A stretch of 64,000 nucleotides of DNA, taken from Nitrospirota bacterium. GTDB taxonomy: Bacteria; Nitrospirota; Thermodesulfovibrionia; Thermodesulfovibrionales; JdFR-86. The notes beneath the pieces were generated by a model. It was not told where the DNA came from and searched no databases. It saw nothing but the letters and a program-made list of their open reading frames with translations. Shown here piece after piece: positions 9,487 to 19,400 of this stretch. The DNA is taken from contig CAVRJY010000002.1 of NCBI GenBank assembly GCA_963721805.1, positions 591,837 to 655,836 of the forward strand. Reading direction: 5' to 3'. Position 1 is the stretch's first letter. Every line of letters begins with the position of its first letter. A program made the translations under genes and the position numbers.

Positions 9487-10460
9487 TGTCGAGCCCCGAA
9501 AACCCAATGGTCTCTGTAATAATCCCCAACCGAAACGGGGCTGCGACGGTCGGGCTGTGCCTCGACGCGCTCGAGCGCTCCGGCTACCCCTCGTTCGAGG
9601 TGATAGTGGCCGACGACTGCTCAGATGACGCATCGCCGGAGATAATCCAGAGCCACCGCTGCATGCTCATACGCCTCAGTCCGCAGCGTGGCGCGGGCGC
9701 CGCGCGCAATGCCGGGGCGGCCGCCGCATCCGGCGATGTCCTGCTGTTCATCGACTCCGACTGTCTCGTGCTGCCCGATACGATATCCACGGCGGCCCGG
9801 CTCTACCGCGCACACCCCGGCGACGCGGTAGGCGGCACGTATACCCCGATGCCCCATGACCGCGACTTCTTCAGCGTGTTCCAGTCGGTCTACATCAACT
9901 ATCACGAGACGCGCGCGGCCGCTCCGGATTACGTCGCCTCGCACGCACTCGTTATAGGCCGCGATACATTCCTCAAAAGCGGAGGCTTCCCCGAGAGCTT
10001 CCTGCCGATCATCGAGGACGTGGAGTTCAGCCACAGGCTCAGGCGCACGGGCGTGGCGCTCAGGGCCGCGCCGGAGCTCATGGTGCGGCATGTCTTCAGG
10101 TTCACGCTCAAGCGGTCGATCAGGAACGCCTACCGCAAATCTAAGTACTGGACGATGTACTCGCTTAACAACCGCGACCTGCACAGCGACTCCGGCACCG
10201 CATCGCGCGGACTTAAGCTCGACGCCCTGTGCTGGTGCGCCTGCGCGGCGATGCTCGCCGGGCGATGGTATGCGGCTTCAGCGGCTGTCGCCGTGATAAA
10301 CGCGTACGTCAACCGCGGGCTTCTGCGCAGCTTCTTCAGGTTCGGCTGCGCATGGTTCGGCATGCGGGCGGCGCTCTACTATCTCGCTGTATACCCGGTC
10401 CCGGTGGGGCTCGGGGGGATCATGGGGCTCATCGGGAGGCGGCCGTGCACTCCGCGCTGA
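9487..10460 (+). CDS. Glycosyltransferase family 2 with C-terminal hydrophobic segments
   Basis: VSVIIPNRN, VADDCSDD, ARNAGA, FIDSD (DxD) and IEDVEF motifs. Start approximate. Confidence 0.9.
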
Positions 10461-11533
10461 GGTTCCTGCCGCAGGTGCTGCTGCGTAACAGGCCTGTGCA
10501 CCTGACGCTCTTCGTGACCGCGCGCTGCAACGCGCGTTGCGAGTTCTGCTTCACCCGCGCGAGAGAGGACGCGGCAGCGGGCCGGGAGCTCTCGCTTGAG
10601 GAGATCACGCGGCTCTCGCGGTCGGTGGGGACGCTGCTCTGGCTGGCGTTCTCGGGCGGCGAGCCGTACCTCAGGGAAGACATCGCTGAGATCGCGGAGG
10701 TCTTCTACCGCCAAAACAGGCCGAGCATAATACTGCTTCCCACAAACGCCCTCCAGCCAGAGCTGATCCGCGACAGGACTCGCCGGATCCTGCGCGCATG
10801 CCCGGATAGCATCGTTGCCGTGAAGCTCTCGCTCGACGGGCTCGGCCCGCGTCACGACGCGCTGCGCGGCGTGCCTGGAGCGTTCGAGCGCGTGATTGAG
10901 ACCTACCACGCCCTCGCGCCGATGCTCGATGAGTTCCGGAACTTCGAGCTCGGCGTCAATACGGTCTTCTGCCCCGAAAACCAGGACGAGATGGCCGCGA
11001 TAGCCGCCTTCGCGGCGCGCGAGATGCCCCGCATCCGCACGCACACGATCTCGCTCGTGCGAGGGGTCGAGGCCGCGGAGCGAGTTGATCCCGCGAAGTA
11101 CCTGCAAGCCGCGCTGATGCTCGAGCGCTCGATCCACTCCGGCGAAGCGCCGGTGTATGGCTTCCGGGGCGCACGCATCAAGGCCGCGCAGGACGTGCTG
11201 CAGCGCCGTGCGATCCACCGCACGCTCACCGAGCGCCGCGCCCAGATGCCCTGCCTCGCCGGGCGGATCAACGCGGTCGTCACCGAGCTTGGCGAGGTCT
11301 ACCCGTGCGAGGACTTCACGCGCGCTATGTCGATGGGCAATATCCGCGAGCACGGCTGCGACCTCTCAGCGGTGCTGCGCACCAAGAGGGCGAATGAGGT
11401 GGTGGAGGGTATCAGCCGCAGAGGCTGCTGCTGCACGCATGAGTGCTTCATGATGACGAACATACTTTTTAATCCCGCCCGATATCCCGCGCTCGCGGCC
11501 GAGCTGCTCTCGATCAGAGGCCGCTTTACCTAA
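10445..11533 (+). CDS. Radical SAM protein with C-terminal SPASM/twitch-like Cys cluster
   Basis: CNARCEFC, SGGEP, SLDG and PCLAG...GEVYPCE...MGNI...CCCTHEC. GTG start overlaps the GT2 3' end. Confidence 0.9.
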   Translation: MHSALRFLPQVLLRNRPVHLTLFVTARCNARCEFCFTRAREDAAAGRELSLEEITRLSRSVGTLLWLAFSGGEPYLREDIAEIAEVFYRQNRPSIILLPTNALQPELIRDRTRRILRACPDSIVAVKLSLDGLGPRHDALRGVPGAFERVIETYHALAPMLDEFRNFELGVNTVFCPENQDEMAAIAAFAAREMPRIRTHTISLVRGVEAAERVDPAKYLQAALMLERSIHSGEAPVYGFRGARIKAAQDVLQRRAIHRTLTERRAQMPCLAGRINAVVTELGEVYPCEDFTRAMSMGNIREHGCDLSAVLRTKRANEVVEGISRRGCCCTHECFMMTNILFNPARYPALAAELLSIRGRFT

Positions 11534-12278
11534 AGACGTCCGGGCCGACAGCGCTTAGCGGCAGCACCTCATAGTCCTTGCGCGAGACCGGCTTAAAGGC
11601 ATTCTCGGGCAGCTCGACGTTCAGCTCTGGATCGATCAGCCTGAAGTCCATCTCAGGGCCGCGCACGATGTCGAGCACGACGCGTCCCGGCATGCGGCCA
11701 TCAAACTTGTCAAACCCGATCTGCACGAACGGATGGCCCTCGACGTACAGCGAGAGCCCCGCGTTGCGCAGCGTGCGGGCCTCAAACATATAGACGCTCC
11801 GGGGCTTGACCGTGCCATCCTCGAGCCTCGCATAGCTCACGAGGTCGATTATGTCCCCACCGCGCATGATCCGCGGTGCGATATCATTGGGAGCGTCCTC
11901 AAGCAGCGAGCCGCCCGTGTATAGCTTGCGGTGGACCGGGTCCTGAAGCTCGAACTCCCCGCGAGAGTTGAGGATGTCGGCCACGGTCACGCCGAACGGG
12001 CCATAGAGCCTGATGCGCAGCGAATCCGGAGCCTTGAAGAAAAACACGCCATCGAAGCCGTTCCTGCTCCCGTCCGGGAACGTAACCGTGCCCTTGACCT
12101 CGGCGCGAACGGAATTGTAGAGGTGGATGAACTCGTTCGAGCGCAGAGCGTCGAGCGTCACCTCGCCCGTATATGCCGGAAGCTCGGCCTCAGGCCGGAC
12201 AGCGGCGGGCTTGGCCGCACAGGCGAAGAGCGCAATGCACAGCGCCGCGACGAGCGTTAGCCTCAACAGGGATTTCAT
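11526..12278 (-). CDS. Outer-membrane lipoprotein, LolB/DUF4292-like
   Basis: Lipobox LFAC; FFKAPDSLRIRLYGPFG is typical of LolA/LolB-fold proteins. Confidence 0.65.
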   Translation of the reverse strand: MKSLLRLTLVAALCIALFACAAKPAAVRPEAELPAYTGEVTLDALRSNEFIHLYNSVRAEVKGTVTFPDGSRNGFDGVFFFKAPDSLRIRLYGPFGVTVADILNSRGEFELQDPVHRKLYTGGSLLEDAPNDIAPRIMRGGDIIDLVSYARLEDGTVKPRSVYMFEARTLRNAGLSLYVEGHPFVQIGFDKFDGRMPGRVVLDIVRGPEMDFRLIDPELNVELPENAFKPVSRKDYEVLPLSAVGPDVFR

Positions 12279-12390
12279 AAGTGTCTATTATACCTGTAAG
12301 CGGTCATAATGGAGGCTGTTCGCTTCACGCAGGGTTGCGATGGCAGCGAACGTATGTCATTCGGGGCCGAACGGCCCCTCAGCGGGAGCT

Positions 12391-12579
12391 TCAAGTGGGT
12401 GATGTGCAGCATGCCGCCGCACGTGACTTCGATTTCAGCGACTCATCCTCGTTCATATGGCACTTTTTATATTTCCTCCCGCTTCCGCACCAGCACGGCT
12501 CGTTGCGGCCAAGCTCGGGCCTCACCGGCTCAGGGGCCGGCTCCCTGAACACCTTTCCAATCGTGTCGAATATGCCCAT
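12391..12579 (-). CDS. Small SEC-C (CxCGSGxxYKxCH) metal-binding protein; possible Sec read-through to 12379
   Basis: [25 protein letters not shown]; upstream TATAAT. Confidence 0.85.
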   Translation of the reverse strand: MGIFDTIGKVFREPAPEPVRPELGRNEPCWCGSGRKYKKCHMNEDESLKSKSRAAACCTSPT

Positions 12580-12709
12580 CGTGACCTCTTAAAGTTTAGG
12601 TTTATCGCAACTACTAATTATACCGCCCGTTAACGCCCAATGTAAAACAGGGCCCCGCGCCCCCGTGGTCAACGACTTAATTAGATGCGTAGTTATATTC
12701 ATAGTTACC

Positions 12710-12735
12710 GCGCGCGGCCGCGCGCATTTTTTTTT
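12710..12735 (+). terminator. Intrinsic terminator-like hairpin
   Basis: GCGCGC-GGCC-GCGCGC followed by A and T9. Confidence 0.55.
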
Positions 12736-12951
12736 GAAGCGTTCAAATGAACAGAGAAAAAACACCTCAACCTCGCGGAAAATAACAGTTTTCATCGGCA
12801 TCCCATGTTTAGGCGTTCAGAAACGTTTTTCGCGCACTCAAAAGCATTTCTCAAATGTGATTGAGTGCGTGGTTTTCCATACATCTCGCCCGTCTCTGAC
12901 CTCGCTAATATAGTCTCTATATACTTCATGCGCAATGATAGAACGGACAGG

Positions 12952-13007
12952 CGGAACTGGTCAATGGGAACCGGTTCCCAGGAACCAGTTCCCATTGACC
13001 AGTTCCG
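12952..13007. repeat. Long inverted repeat (27-bp arms, 1 mismatch, 2-nt loop)
   Basis: CGGAACTGGTCAATGGGAACCGGTTCC-CA-GGAACCAGTTCCCATTGACCAGTTCCG. Confidence 0.9.
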
Positions 13008-13080
13008 GGGCTTTATGTTATGGGGCGTTTTAACGGTATAAAGGCCGGCATACCGCCTTATTTAAATGTATCGAAACTCA

Positions 13081-13109
13081 TTGACAACCCCCGGCTTATG
13101 CGCTAGAGT
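13081..13109 (+). promoter_or_regulatory. sigma70 promoter, copy 1
   Basis: TTGACA-N17-TAGAGT. Confidence 0.7.
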
Positions 13110-13150
13110 CTGGTTAAGGCCGCGATAACGCGTGAAAGGAGAGCAAGACC

Positions 13151-13321
13151 ATGGACCTGAAGTTATCCAATACGGAGGCGGTCTCTGTCATGACCGCGCT
13201 TCAGCACTACGAGAGGGAAGTCGGGCGGATGGGCGAGGACAAGGGCGTCGTGATCGAGAAGAAAACCCTCTTGGGCCTGATAAGCAGGCTGGAGTCCATG
13301 CCCGCGGGTGAAGTCGAGTAA
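13151..13321 (+). CDS. Small hypothetical protein (56 aa), paralogue 1 (absent from ORF track)
   Basis: MDLKLSNTEAVSVMTALQHYEREVGRMGEDKGVVIEKKTLLGLISRLESMPAGEVE; SD AAAGGAG; 40/56 identical to the downstream copy. Confidence 0.85.
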   Translation: MDLKLSNTEAVSVMTALQHYEREVGRMGEDKGVVIEKKTLLGLISRLESMPAGEVE

Positions 13322-13361
13322 GAGGGGCGGACAATTATCCCGGCGTCCGCGCTAAAGATTC

Positions 13362-13390
13362 TTGACAGTGCCCATCTTCTGCGCTAGAGT
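13362..13390 (+). promoter_or_regulatory. sigma70 promoter, copy 2
   Basis: TTGACA-N17-TAGAGT, with the same hexamers as copy 1. Confidence 0.7.
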
Positions 13391-13430
13391 TTGCTATAGC
13401 CGTGACACCATTGACAAAGGAGAGCAGACC

Positions 13431-13601
13431 ATGGACCTGAAGCTATCTGGCATCGAGGCGGTTTCAGTATTGACCGCGCTGCAGCACTATCAGAAGGAAG
13501 TCGAGAGGATGTCTTCCGCTAAAGGCATAGAGATTGAAAAGAAAACCTTAAAGGACCTGATCAACAGGCTCGAGGCCATGCCCGCGGGCGAGGTCGACTA
13601 G
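13431..13601 (+). CDS. Small hypothetical protein (56 aa), paralogue 2
   Basis: MDLKLSGIEAVSVLTALQHYQKEVERMSSAKGIEIEKKTLKDLINRLEAMPAGEVD; SD AAAGGAG. Confidence 0.85.
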   Translation: MDLKLSGIEAVSVLTALQHYQKEVERMSSAKGIEIEKKTLKDLINRLEAMPAGEVD

Positions 13602-13622
13602 GAAGCGATAGGAACGGCTTAA

Positions 13623-14315
13623 TTATTTAGGCGGGCGGACGGCGAGCCAGATCGTATGCTGCCCGCCGCGTCCGCCGCCGCCGGACGTCCTCGCGCGCAC
13701 GATGGTCTCGCTGACCTGAAACCCGGCCTGCTTGAGACGTTTTGTAAAGGGCTTGCTCGGCGCCGCCGACCATACGGCAAGCACGCCGCCGGGGCGGAGC
13801 GCCCTCATCGCGGCTGCCAGCCCATCGGGGCTGTAAAGCCTGTCGTTCGCGGTCCGGGTCAGGCCTTCCGGGCTGTTGTCGACGTCAAGGAGCATCGCGT
13901 CCCATGCCTCCTTCGCCCCGTGTATCATATCGGCCACGTCCGCCTCGACGACCTTCGTCCTGCGGTCTTCCGTGGGATGCCCGGCAACCTCAGAAAGCGG
14001 CCCTGTCGTATTCCACTCAATGACGTCGGGCGAGAGCTCTGCCACTACCACCTGCGCCTTCGGCCCGAGCAGCCTGAGCGCGGCTGCGGCAGTAAATCCC
14101 ATACCAAGCCCCCCGACCAGCACCCGAGCGATTTTAACGTTAACGAGCTTCGCGCATGCGAGCTCCGCAAGCGCATCCTCAGAGGCATGCGCACGGCTAT
14201 TCATCAGCTCATACCCTTCTAATCTTAGAGAGAACTCCATCCCACGGCGTGTGAGCCGCAGCTCGCCCCCGTCGCCCGGAAGAACTGCGACGCCGATCAG
14301 TTCCCAGGGGATCAT
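13623..14315 (-). CDS. Spermidine synthase-like SAM-dependent methyltransferase
   Basis: ELMNSR, VLVGGLGMGFT (SAM motif I), LLDVDNSP and LRPGGVLAVWS motifs. Confidence 0.85.
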   Translation of the reverse strand: MIPWELIGVAVLPGDGGELRLTRRGMEFSLRLEGYELMNSRAHASEDALAELACAKLVNVKIARVLVGGLGMGFTAAAALRLLGPKAQVVVAELSPDVIEWNTTGPLSEVAGHPTEDRRTKVVEADVADMIHGAKEAWDAMLLDVDNSPEGLTRTANDRLYSPDGLAAAMRALRPGGVLAVWSAAPSKPFTKRLKQAGFQVSETIVRARTSGGGGRGGQHTIWLAVRPPK

Positions 14316-14404
14316 GGCTGACCCGTATCGACGCAAATTTTCATTGAAGCTTAATCTACCCCTCTTTGGCTATGGGAGTCAATCTCGGTTATAATCTCTG
14401 CGAA

Positions 14405-15265
14405 ATGTCCGCGCTACGCAAGATAAGGCTGTACCTGGGGATGATAAAGTTCGCGCACTCGATCTTCGCGCTCCCGTTCGCGTTCACCGCGGCGCTGCTC
14501 GCCTCGGGCGGCATGCCGCCGCTCGGGAAGGTGCTCTGGATAGCGGTCGCGATGGTAGGCGCTCGAAGCGGGGCGATGGGCCTAAACCGCGTCATCGACA
14601 TGAGGATCGACGCCGAGAATCCAAGGACAGCCACGCGCGAGATACCGGCCGGGAAGATCTCGAAGGCCAGCGCTCTTGGTTTCTCGATATTATCTCTGGG
14701 CGTGATGGTCTATGCCGCCGCGATGCTCAACCCCCTGTGCTTGCAGCTCTCGCCGCTTGCGATAGCGGTGCTGGTCGCATACTCATACGCCAAGCGGTTT
14801 ACGTGGGGCGCGCACTTTATACTGGGCGTAGCGCTCGCGTTTGCGCCTCTGGGGGCGTGGGTCGCGATCAGGGGCACGCTGGATATCGAGGCCCTGCCTC
14901 TCGTGCTCGCGGTGCTGCTCTGGCTCCCTGGTTTTGACGTGCTTTACGCCCTGCAGGACATGGAGTATGACCGGAGGGTGGGGCTGTTTTCGATCCCCGC
15001 GCGCTTCGGCGTGCGCTCGACGCTCTATATCTCGCGGCTGCTGCACCTATGCTCCTGGTCGCTGCTTGTGCTAAACGGATTCATCTTCGGGCTCGGTCTG
15101 ATGTACTGGATCGGCATGGCCGTGGTCGCCGCGCTGTTCATCTATGAGCACTCGCTCGTGAAGGAGGACGACCTGAGCAGGCTAGACATGGCGTTTTTCA
15201 ACATGAACGGCTACATAAGCGTATCGGTCTTCGTATTCACCGTTCTTAGCTACGCTTTGAGTTGA
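14405..15265 (+). CDS. mqnP: UbiA-family prenyltransferase (menaquinone futalosine pathway, MqnP-like)
   Basis: IKFAHSIFALPFA, NRVIDMRIDAENPRT, YSYAKRF, FDVLYALQD and AFFNMNG motifs; mqnB is also in the window. Confidence 0.85.
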   Translation: MSALRKIRLYLGMIKFAHSIFALPFAFTAALLASGGMPPLGKVLWIAVAMVGARSGAMGLNRVIDMRIDAENPRTATREIPAGKISKASALGFSILSLGVMVYAAAMLNPLCLQLSPLAIAVLVAYSYAKRFTWGAHFILGVALAFAPLGAWVAIRGTLDIEALPLVLAVLLWLPGFDVLYALQDMEYDRRVGLFSIPARFGVRSTLYISRLLHLCSWSLLVLNGFIFGLGLMYWIGMAVVAALFIYEHSLVKEDDLSRLDMAFFNMNGYISVSVFVFTVLSYALS

Positions 15266-15272
15266 TCCTGCG

Positions 15273-16256
15273 ATGTCGATGCTGGACCGGATCTTCCGCG
15301 CAATCGACGTGGACTTCTCCGCCAAGCTCCGCTGGCGTATGCGGTTCGACCGTAACCCGCTCTTCGTCACCCTGCAAGACAAATACGCGGTGAAGGAATA
15401 CGCAAGAGTGCGGGAAGTGGATTCCCCAAAGCTCCTCTACGCAACGGACCGGCCTGAGACGATACCGTTTGATGCTCTCCCGCCGAGCTACATGATCAAG
15501 GCCAACCACGGCAGCAGCTGGAACGTCCTTTGCCACAACTCCGAGCTCTACCGCTTTCGTAATGGGAAGGAGCTTGTCATGGCGGGCGGCGAATTTCTGG
15601 ATGCTGCCCTTGCTGCCAAAAACAGGATCACCAGGGAAGAGGCCATCAGCCTCTGCACGGCCTGGCTCGGCAGGAGGTTCGTCAAGCGGGAATGGGCCTA
15701 CCAGCATATCAGACCAAGGATAATAGTCGAGGAGCTGCTTGCGCCAGCGGACGGAGAAGCGCTAAAGGACTACAAGTTCTACGTGTTCGACGGCGTGGTG
15801 AAGGCGCTCTACGTCGGGTCGCCCATTTACAGGCGCGACGATGCGACGGCCTTCTTCTACCCGGACTGGACCGAGATAAGGATGACCAAGTCCCGCTTCA
15901 GGCCACCTGAGCCGATGCCGCAGAGGCCGGAGAGACTCGCGGAGCTTATCGATGCTGCCCAGCGGCTGGCGGAAGGCCTGGATTTCGCCCGCGTGGACAT
16001 GTACGTTACCGGCAGGGGCGTATTGCTTGGCGAGGTAACGATCTATCCCCACGGCGGGACGCTTGCTACCCTGGCGCCATGCAAGGTATTCGACAGGTGG
16101 CTCGGGAGCCACTGGAGGCTCGGCCGGGCCGACGCGGCGGTCGCGTACATATGGGATCTGTTGCTCCGGGGGTTCTTCGACCGCGAGCAAGGCAGATGCG
16201 AACGCCGGGCCAGAAGAAAGAAGGCCCGGGCCCGACGCCGGCGCAATTCGCCATGA
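15273..16256 (+). CDS. TupA-like ATP-grasp protein
   Basis: DKYAVKEY, IKANHGSSWN, EWAY, IIVEELL, DYKFYVFDG, RVDMY and GEVTIYP motifs. Confidence 0.85.
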   Translation: MSMLDRIFRAIDVDFSAKLRWRMRFDRNPLFVTLQDKYAVKEYARVREVDSPKLLYATDRPETIPFDALPPSYMIKANHGSSWNVLCHNSELYRFRNGKELVMAGGEFLDAALAAKNRITREEAISLCTAWLGRRFVKREWAYQHIRPRIIVEELLAPADGEALKDYKFYVFDGVVKALYVGSPIYRRDDATAFFYPDWTEIRMTKSRFRPPEPMPQRPERLAELIDAAQRLAEGLDFARVDMYVTGRGVLLGEVTIYPHGGTLATLAPCKVFDRWLGSHWRLGRADAAVAYIWDLLLRGFFDREQGRCERRARRKKARARRRRNSP

Positions 16257-16460
16257 CCTTGTCATGATACACGTGTGATATAATTTCCGTTATGCGCCGG
16301 GTACTTATGCCCCTTGATGGCGTAGCCGGGACGGCTGCGATTGTCCCTGCGCTCACCAGAGCCGATCCGGCCCGGAAGACCGTGCTTTGCGGCCCCGTCG
16401 TGACGCCCGGCTGCAAATGGTTTTTTATAGCCCCATAATTTTATATACTAATAGCTATAC

Positions 16461-19400
16461 ATGGAAAGCGAAGACAACAGGGTCCCAGGGCGCAGGTTTC
16501 CCGTTCTGAAGCTGACCGCGCTATTTGTGGCGATCGCGCTCCTTGGCGGTCTGACGCTGTTTCTGCGCGGCCCGTACGTCTCGAACTTCCTGAAGATGAC
16601 CATCCTGTCCGAGGTCAGCTCCGCCACCGGCCAGCAGGTCATTGCCAGCAAGCTCTACATGAACCTCTACCCGCTCTCGGTCGAGGCCAGGGGCGTCAAG
16701 GGCTTCGCCCTGGACGGCACCAGGCTGTTCAGCGCCGAGCGCGTCAAGGCCTACATCGGGCTCTCCGACATACTCCAGCGCAAGCTCCGCTTCACGCGCA
16801 TCGTGCTCGTCAGGCCCGAGCTCCAGGCTGACGATGCCCGGCTCGTCGAGGTCAGCGACAACGTCAAGACGTACAAGAAGGGCAAGCGCGGCCTCGTCAG
16901 CATCTCGGCTGACACCATAAATATCCTCCATGGGAGCGCTTCGATCCACCAGCTCAAGACGAACACGATCCAGAGCGCAAGCGAGATCAACGCCGAGATA
17001 GTGCTCAGGAAGCAGCCGGAGGCCCGCTTCTCCGTAGGGCACCTCGATGCCCTGTTCGGCGGGCAGCGCAGGATTCAGGCCTCCGCGAAGGGCTATGCCG
17101 TGTTCGACGGCGGGCAGGTCGTGCTCAAGGAGTTCGAGATCGAGTCGAACAAGGCCAGGCTCAGCGCCACCGGCACTTACCAAAAAGGCGACAAGGGCGT
17201 CTTCGAGGTCAAGGCCTCGGTCCCTGTGAGTTCGCTTCGCGACCTCTTCGCGCTGACCCGCCCGACCGACGGCTCGATCGAGCTTGCCGGTTCAGTCAGG
17301 CTCGACGGCGACCGCTTCAATCCCACGCTGGATATGAAAGTGAAGGGCTCGATCTACCTCGAGACCTTTATGGAGTTTTTCGGGCCGCAGAAAGAAGAGC
17401 CGATCAAAGGCTATGCCGCATTCGACGGCACGATCAAGGGTCCGCTCAAGGCGCTGAAGGGCGACGGCAGGGCGAGGCTCCTCAAGGGCGGCGGCGGGTT
17501 CTATGGCGTGAACGTGCAGAGCGCAGAGTGCAGGGTGACCTACACCCCCCAGAGGCTGAGCTTCCTTGACGGCAAGGTCAGCCTCTATAACGGCCGCGCG
17601 GACGCGGACGTCTGGCTCCAGATGCCGCACATCGACACCTTCGGCATGAAGATCAAGTACGAGGACGTCGACAGCCGGCCCATCTTTGGGCTGATAGGGC
17701 TCGACGGCATCGGCCTGCCCGGGGGCAAGGTGCGCGGCGAATTAGCCTCGGACAGCCGCGAGTTCGACCCCTCCGGATGGGTCATATACAACGCGACCGA
17801 GTCGGGGGCTAACGCCGTCGAGCGCGTCCGCTCCCTCGATGGGCGGTACAGCGTCGCAGGGCAGACCGTCACAATAAGCTCGGCCGACGTGCGCACCGCC
17901 CGCTCTCACGCGGCATTCGACGGCACCTTCATGCTTGATACCAAGGCCCTGAACTTCAGGACGCGGCTCCAGAGCGAGGATATAAGCGAGCTGACCGCGC
18001 CGTTTTATAACGGGGTGCGGGGCGGCGCCACGTACGCCGGCACGCTCACCGGCACCTCGGACGACCCGCACTTCAAGGCGCATATCGAATCCGCGGACCT
18101 CTCGGTCGGCGCATACCGCGTAGGCGGCGCGAGCGTTGATGCGGAGTACGGCAAGCACCTCCTCGTCATATCCCATGCAGAGGCCGGCGACGGCCAGCGC
18201 AGGTACGACGGCAGCGGAAAGATAAGCTTCCCAGGCGCGAAGGAAATCCTCCAGATCGACGATGGGGTCTATGACCTTACGGTCGGCCTGCACAGGGCCG
18301 ACCTCCGGGGGCTGGCCGCGCTCTTCGGGGTAAGGACGACCTCGTTCGGAGGCAACCTCGACACCACGCTCACGGTGCATGGCCGCGGCGCATACCCCGA
18401 GGTCTCGGGGCAGCTCGGCGTCTCGGACGGCGATATACTCGGGCGGGCGGTGCCCACGGCCTCGGCCGCGCTCTATTACGACAGGCGCTCTCTCAGGGTC
18501 GAAAACGGCCTGTTGGGCCGCGAAGGCGCGATGGTCGTCTTCAGCGGTTCGATCGACTCGGCCGACCGCCTCGAGTTCAAGGCATCGTCGGCCGCGATAC
18601 CGGCCAAATTCCTGTTCCTCACCCCGGAGCCCGTGGAGCAGAAGATATCGTTTAACGCTACGGGCGGCGGGACTCTCAAGGAACCGGAAATGAAAGTGGC
18701 CGCCCGCCTGGATAACGGCGAGCTTGCGGGCATGCAGATGCCCGGCGGCGAGGCCGAACTCACGGTCAGGGGCGGGGAGGCCGCCTTCAGCGCATCGCTC
18801 AACAACGGCAGCCTAAAGGTCAACGGTAAGGCGTCGCTCACGGCCGACCTCCCCTGGAGCGCCGAGGTGAGCTCAACCAACGGGCGGTATGATTTTCTCT
18901 CCGGGCTGTTCATGAAGGACATCCCCGAGGACCTGATGATATCCCTTGGCGGCACCGCCGAGCTGAAGGGCACCCGAGACAGCATAGGCGGCAGGGTCCT
19001 CATCAAGGACGTCAATGTCTCGATGTACGGGCAGTCGTTCGGCAACGCCGGTGACATAGCGATCGCCCTCGACGGCGACAGGCTCGATTTCAGCAGTTTC
19101 AAGCTCAGGGCCGGCGCCCTGACGCTCACGGTCTCGGGCGGTACGAGGATCGGCAAGGACTATGACCTCACGCTTGAGGGCCGCTCTCAGCTTGCCCCGT
19201 TTAAGCCCCTGATCCCCAAGATCGAGGACCTCCGCGGGACCGGAGAGTTCTCGATACGCGTCAAGGGGCCTTGGCGCGAGCCGTCGCTCAACGGCAGGCT
19301 GACGCTCAACGACGCCACGCTCGCCCTCAAGGGGCTTAACCAGAGGCTCACGTCACTAAACGGCGCCTGCCTGTTCGACGGCTCTAGGATTGTGTTTCAG

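Noticed and set aside
12792..12929. 45-aa minus-strand ORF MKYIETILARSETGEM...
   Set aside because: No clear SD or motif and AT-rich, atypical codon use; it cannot be supported.
12940..13610. Repeats considered as a CRISPR array
   Set aside because: No regularly spaced direct repeats with unique spacers and no cas genes; the repeats are a palindrome and a gene duplication.
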